Notes under the pieces: model-generated
Told to the model about the DNA's origin: nothing
The model's database searches: none
Seen by the model: only the letters and a program-made list of their open reading frames with translations
Program-made: the position numbers and the translations under genes
Part shown: in pieces, positions 63,192 to 64,000 of the stretch
How the letters are laid out: each line of letters begins with the position of its first letter
Numbering within the stretch: the stretch's first letter is position 1
NCBI GenBank assembly: GCA_030747695.1
Contig: JASLKG010000004.1
Location: 6,534 to 70,533 of the forward strand
Source: Candidatus Poseidoniaceae archaeon
Lineage (GTDB): Archaea; Thermoplasmatota; Poseidoniia; Poseidoniales; Poseidoniaceae
Length of the DNA: 64,000 nt
Reading direction: 5' to 3'

Positions 63192-64000
63192 CCTAAAGTC
63201 TCCTCCAACCATTTATTATTCCAAGTACCGCCGGAAATTATCGGGTCTCCTTCAGTAGAGAATGATCTCATTCTTTCCATACCGTATGACATAGAACCAC
63301 CACCGTAGTATCCATCAACATTCATTGCATTCGGATTTGCTATGACGGGTGTAGGTTCAACCCAGTCAATATATGCTGTTGGTGTATGGACAAGCCATTT
63401 TCTATTTACAACATCAACAGCACCCTCCACGTAGCATGTTTCCAGAACAATTCCTTGTGAATTACACCAATCTTCCGATAATGGTAACATGATATAAGCC
63501 CAAGCATGCCCTTCCCATTGAGTGTAGTCTGGACCGGTCAATGCTCCAAATACATACCATGTCGGTATATCTTTCACACGCATTATGGACATGAATGCAT
63601 TAGACTGATCATCACAATCACCCATTCCATCCACTAGACAATGCTCTCCAGATCTAGCAGTAATAGGAGCCGAAACATCATATGGAACATGAGAATTCAA
63701 CCAATCAAATGTAGCCCTAGCATAAGCATAAGCATTTGTTTTCAGATTATTTGGTAAACTTGCGTCAATAGAGGCCGCTACCTGAGTAACAGTTGGTGCT
63801 GTTGAATTTCTACCATCAATTGCCCATTTATGATTAGACGAGCCAACGTTTCTATCATACCAATATTTGTATGATCCGAAAGTGCCTGATCTTTCATCAT
63901 ACCCGCGTTCACTTATATCGCTAAATGTGCCCGACCTTTCAACGCTCACTCCCTCTGATTTACCATCAAGTCTACCATCCATTCTAGTTGAATGCCACCA
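63188..64000 (-). CDS. Transglutaminase-like (papain-fold) domain protein, 5' end outside window
   Basis: GMGDCDDQSNAF (catalytic Cys) and GHAWAYI (His). The frame stays open beyond the Met at 63982 to the window edge. Its stop overlaps the trkA ATG (ATGA). Confidence 0.7.
   Translation of the reverse strand, partial: WWHSTRMDGRLDGKSEGVSVERSGTFSDISERGYDERSGTFGSYKYWYDRNVGSSNHKWAIDGRNSTAPTVTQVAASIDASLPNNLKTNAYAYARATFDWLNSHVPYDVSAPITARSGEHCLVDGMGDCDDQSNAFMSIMRVKDIPTWYVFGALTGPDYTQWEGHAWAYIMLPLSEDWCNSQGIVLETCYVEGAVDVVNRKWLVHTPTAYIDWVEPTPVIANPNAMNVDGYYGGGSMSYGMERMRSFSTEGDPIISGGTWNNKWLEETLG

Overview
This window reads as an AT-biased archaeal chromosome segment. It is dense with core information-processing genes. 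These include the rps12-rps7-aEF2 block and a ten-gene co-directional exosome/proteasome superoperon (psmA-sdo1-rrp4-rrp41-rrp42-rpl37ae-pcc1-pfdB-DHH-helical protein). Also present are aIF5A, Cbf5, cytidylate kinase, GlyRS, RFC large subunit, TiaS, TrmY, Tpt1, a Dph6-like PP-loop protein, tRNA-His and tRNA-Gln. Interspersed are bacterial-style beta-oxidation genes (ACAD, Hbd, thiolase), isoprenoid genes (IPK, an IDI1-GGPPS fusion, a UbiD-family decarboxylase), transporters (OPT, EamA, TrkAH), an ArtA-like archaeosortase and three very large secreted or anchored surface proteins. The gene content suggests a heterotrophic marine Thermoplasmatota / Marine Group II-like archaeon, but this is an inference with no search behind it. 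I saw no CRISPR array, integrase, transposase, rRNA or recognisable defence system. The most unusual items are listed below.
- A MamK-family actin-like ATPase lies downstream of an uncharacterised protein with two zinc ribbons.
- The 1114-aa adhesin carries a cysteine-free C-type-lectin-like domain with QPD and WND motifs.
- A single ORF fuses type-1 IPP isomerase to GGPP synthase.
- A 1761-aa long-form Lhr helicase has an AlkZ/YcaQ-like tail.
- An identical 13-nt palindromic hairpin core occurs next to two translation-factor genes.
All family calls rest on motifs read by eye and recalled family signatures. Start codons were adjusted by hand where the ORF track used upstream alternative starts, and they remain approximate.
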